DNA of 64,000 nucleotides from a bacterium (GTDB lineage Bacteria; SM23-31): NCBI GenBank assembly GCA_965249485.1, contig OZ252239.1, positions 2,464,001 to 2,528,000 of the forward strand, read 5' to 3'. Shown piece by piece: positions 63,452 to 64,000 of this stretch (position 1 is its first letter; each line of letters starts with the position of its first letter). The notes under the pieces were generated by a model. It saw only the letters and a program-made list of their open reading frames with translations, ran no database searches and was not told where the DNA came from. The position numbers and the translations under genes were made by a program.

Positions 63452-64000
63452 GTGCTCAAAAGAAGAAACACATTGATAATAATGGCATTGCTTGTGGGTC
63501 TCGTCATGCAGAGTAAGGGTATAGAAATTTTCGAAAAGCAGACGCAACAATCAGATACACGATTTACTATGAAGACTAAACGTTCAATGGTTATCGGGCA
63601 GCGAGGTGTTGTAGCAACGAGTCAACCGCTTGCTTCACTTGCTGGACTTGACATTTTGAAAAATGGGGGAAACGCCGTAGATGCAGCAATAGCAACAGCC
63701 GCTGTTCTGAATGTAGTCGAACCATACAGTACAGGAATAGGAGGAGATGCATTTGCTCTACTTTATCTGTCTGAAGAAGATAAGTTTATCGGTTTAAATG
63801 CAAGTGGTCGCTCTCCTTATGCTGCCGAAGCTTCCATACTTCGCGAACAGTTAAAATCTGAAGGAAAGGATACTATTGAAGGAATTTATTCTGTAACGGT
63901 TCCCGGTGCTTTTGACGGGTGGGTAACATTACTTGAAGAGTACGGAACCAGGAGTCTTGCGGAAGTACTTGAACCGGCGATTTATTATGCTGAACAGGGA
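63452..64000 (+). CDS. ggt: Gamma-glutamyltransferase (5' part, runs off the window)
   Basis: Translated by hand: signal peptide, then RSMVIGQRGVVATSQPLAS…GGNAVDAAIA…EPYSTGIGGDAF…SVTVPG. Not in the ORF track. Confidence 0.93.
   Translation, partial: MLKRRNTLIIMALLVGLVMQSKGIEIFEKQTQQSDTRFTMKTKRSMVIGQRGVVATSQPLASLAGLDILKNGGNAVDAAIATAAVLNVVEPYSTGIGGDAFALLYLSEEDKFIGLNASGRSPYAAEASILREQLKSEGKDTIEGIYSVTVPGAFDGWVTLLEEYGTRSLAEVLEPAIYYAEQG

Overview
Bacterial chromosomal window with two parts. (1) 1-~16.2 kb is a visibly AT-rich genomic island ending at the 3' end of a tRNA-Leu(CAG). It carries an apparently complete YcaO/azole RiPP (TOMM/LAP) cluster. The cluster has a 35-aa streptolysin-S-like poly-Cys precursor missing from the ORF track (3931-4038, MKITKLKSTKLYKAVAAGACCCCCCCNCNITNFGE), enclosed in a ~360-nt inverted-repeat cassette. 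Downstream are an E1-like C protein, YcaO, a SagB-type dehydrogenase, an ABC exporter, a HExxH membrane peptidase, an O-antigen-ligase/TPR protein and a degenerate alpha/beta-hydrolase lipoprotein. Upstream are a TonB-dependent receptor and three paralogous TPR proteins. (2) The rest is housekeeping: smpB, tyrS, a 16-gene aromatic amino-acid supraoperon (trpEGDCFBA-chorismate mutase-aroF'-tyrA-aroF-aroA-aroC-aroB-aroQ-aroE), mutL, an EF-G paralogue, efp, HD-GYP proteins, gdh with a sigma54-like promoter, and a partial ggt. The supraoperon is headed by a transcription attenuator whose leader peptide contains the mixed Tyr/Trp/Phe run YYWWYWFY. Several genes have single-base frameshifts, nonsense codons or an in-frame deletion, which may be real decay or assembly error. 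The host is diderm (TonB receptor); its lineage was not determined. All calls come from manual motif reading, and no database searches were run.
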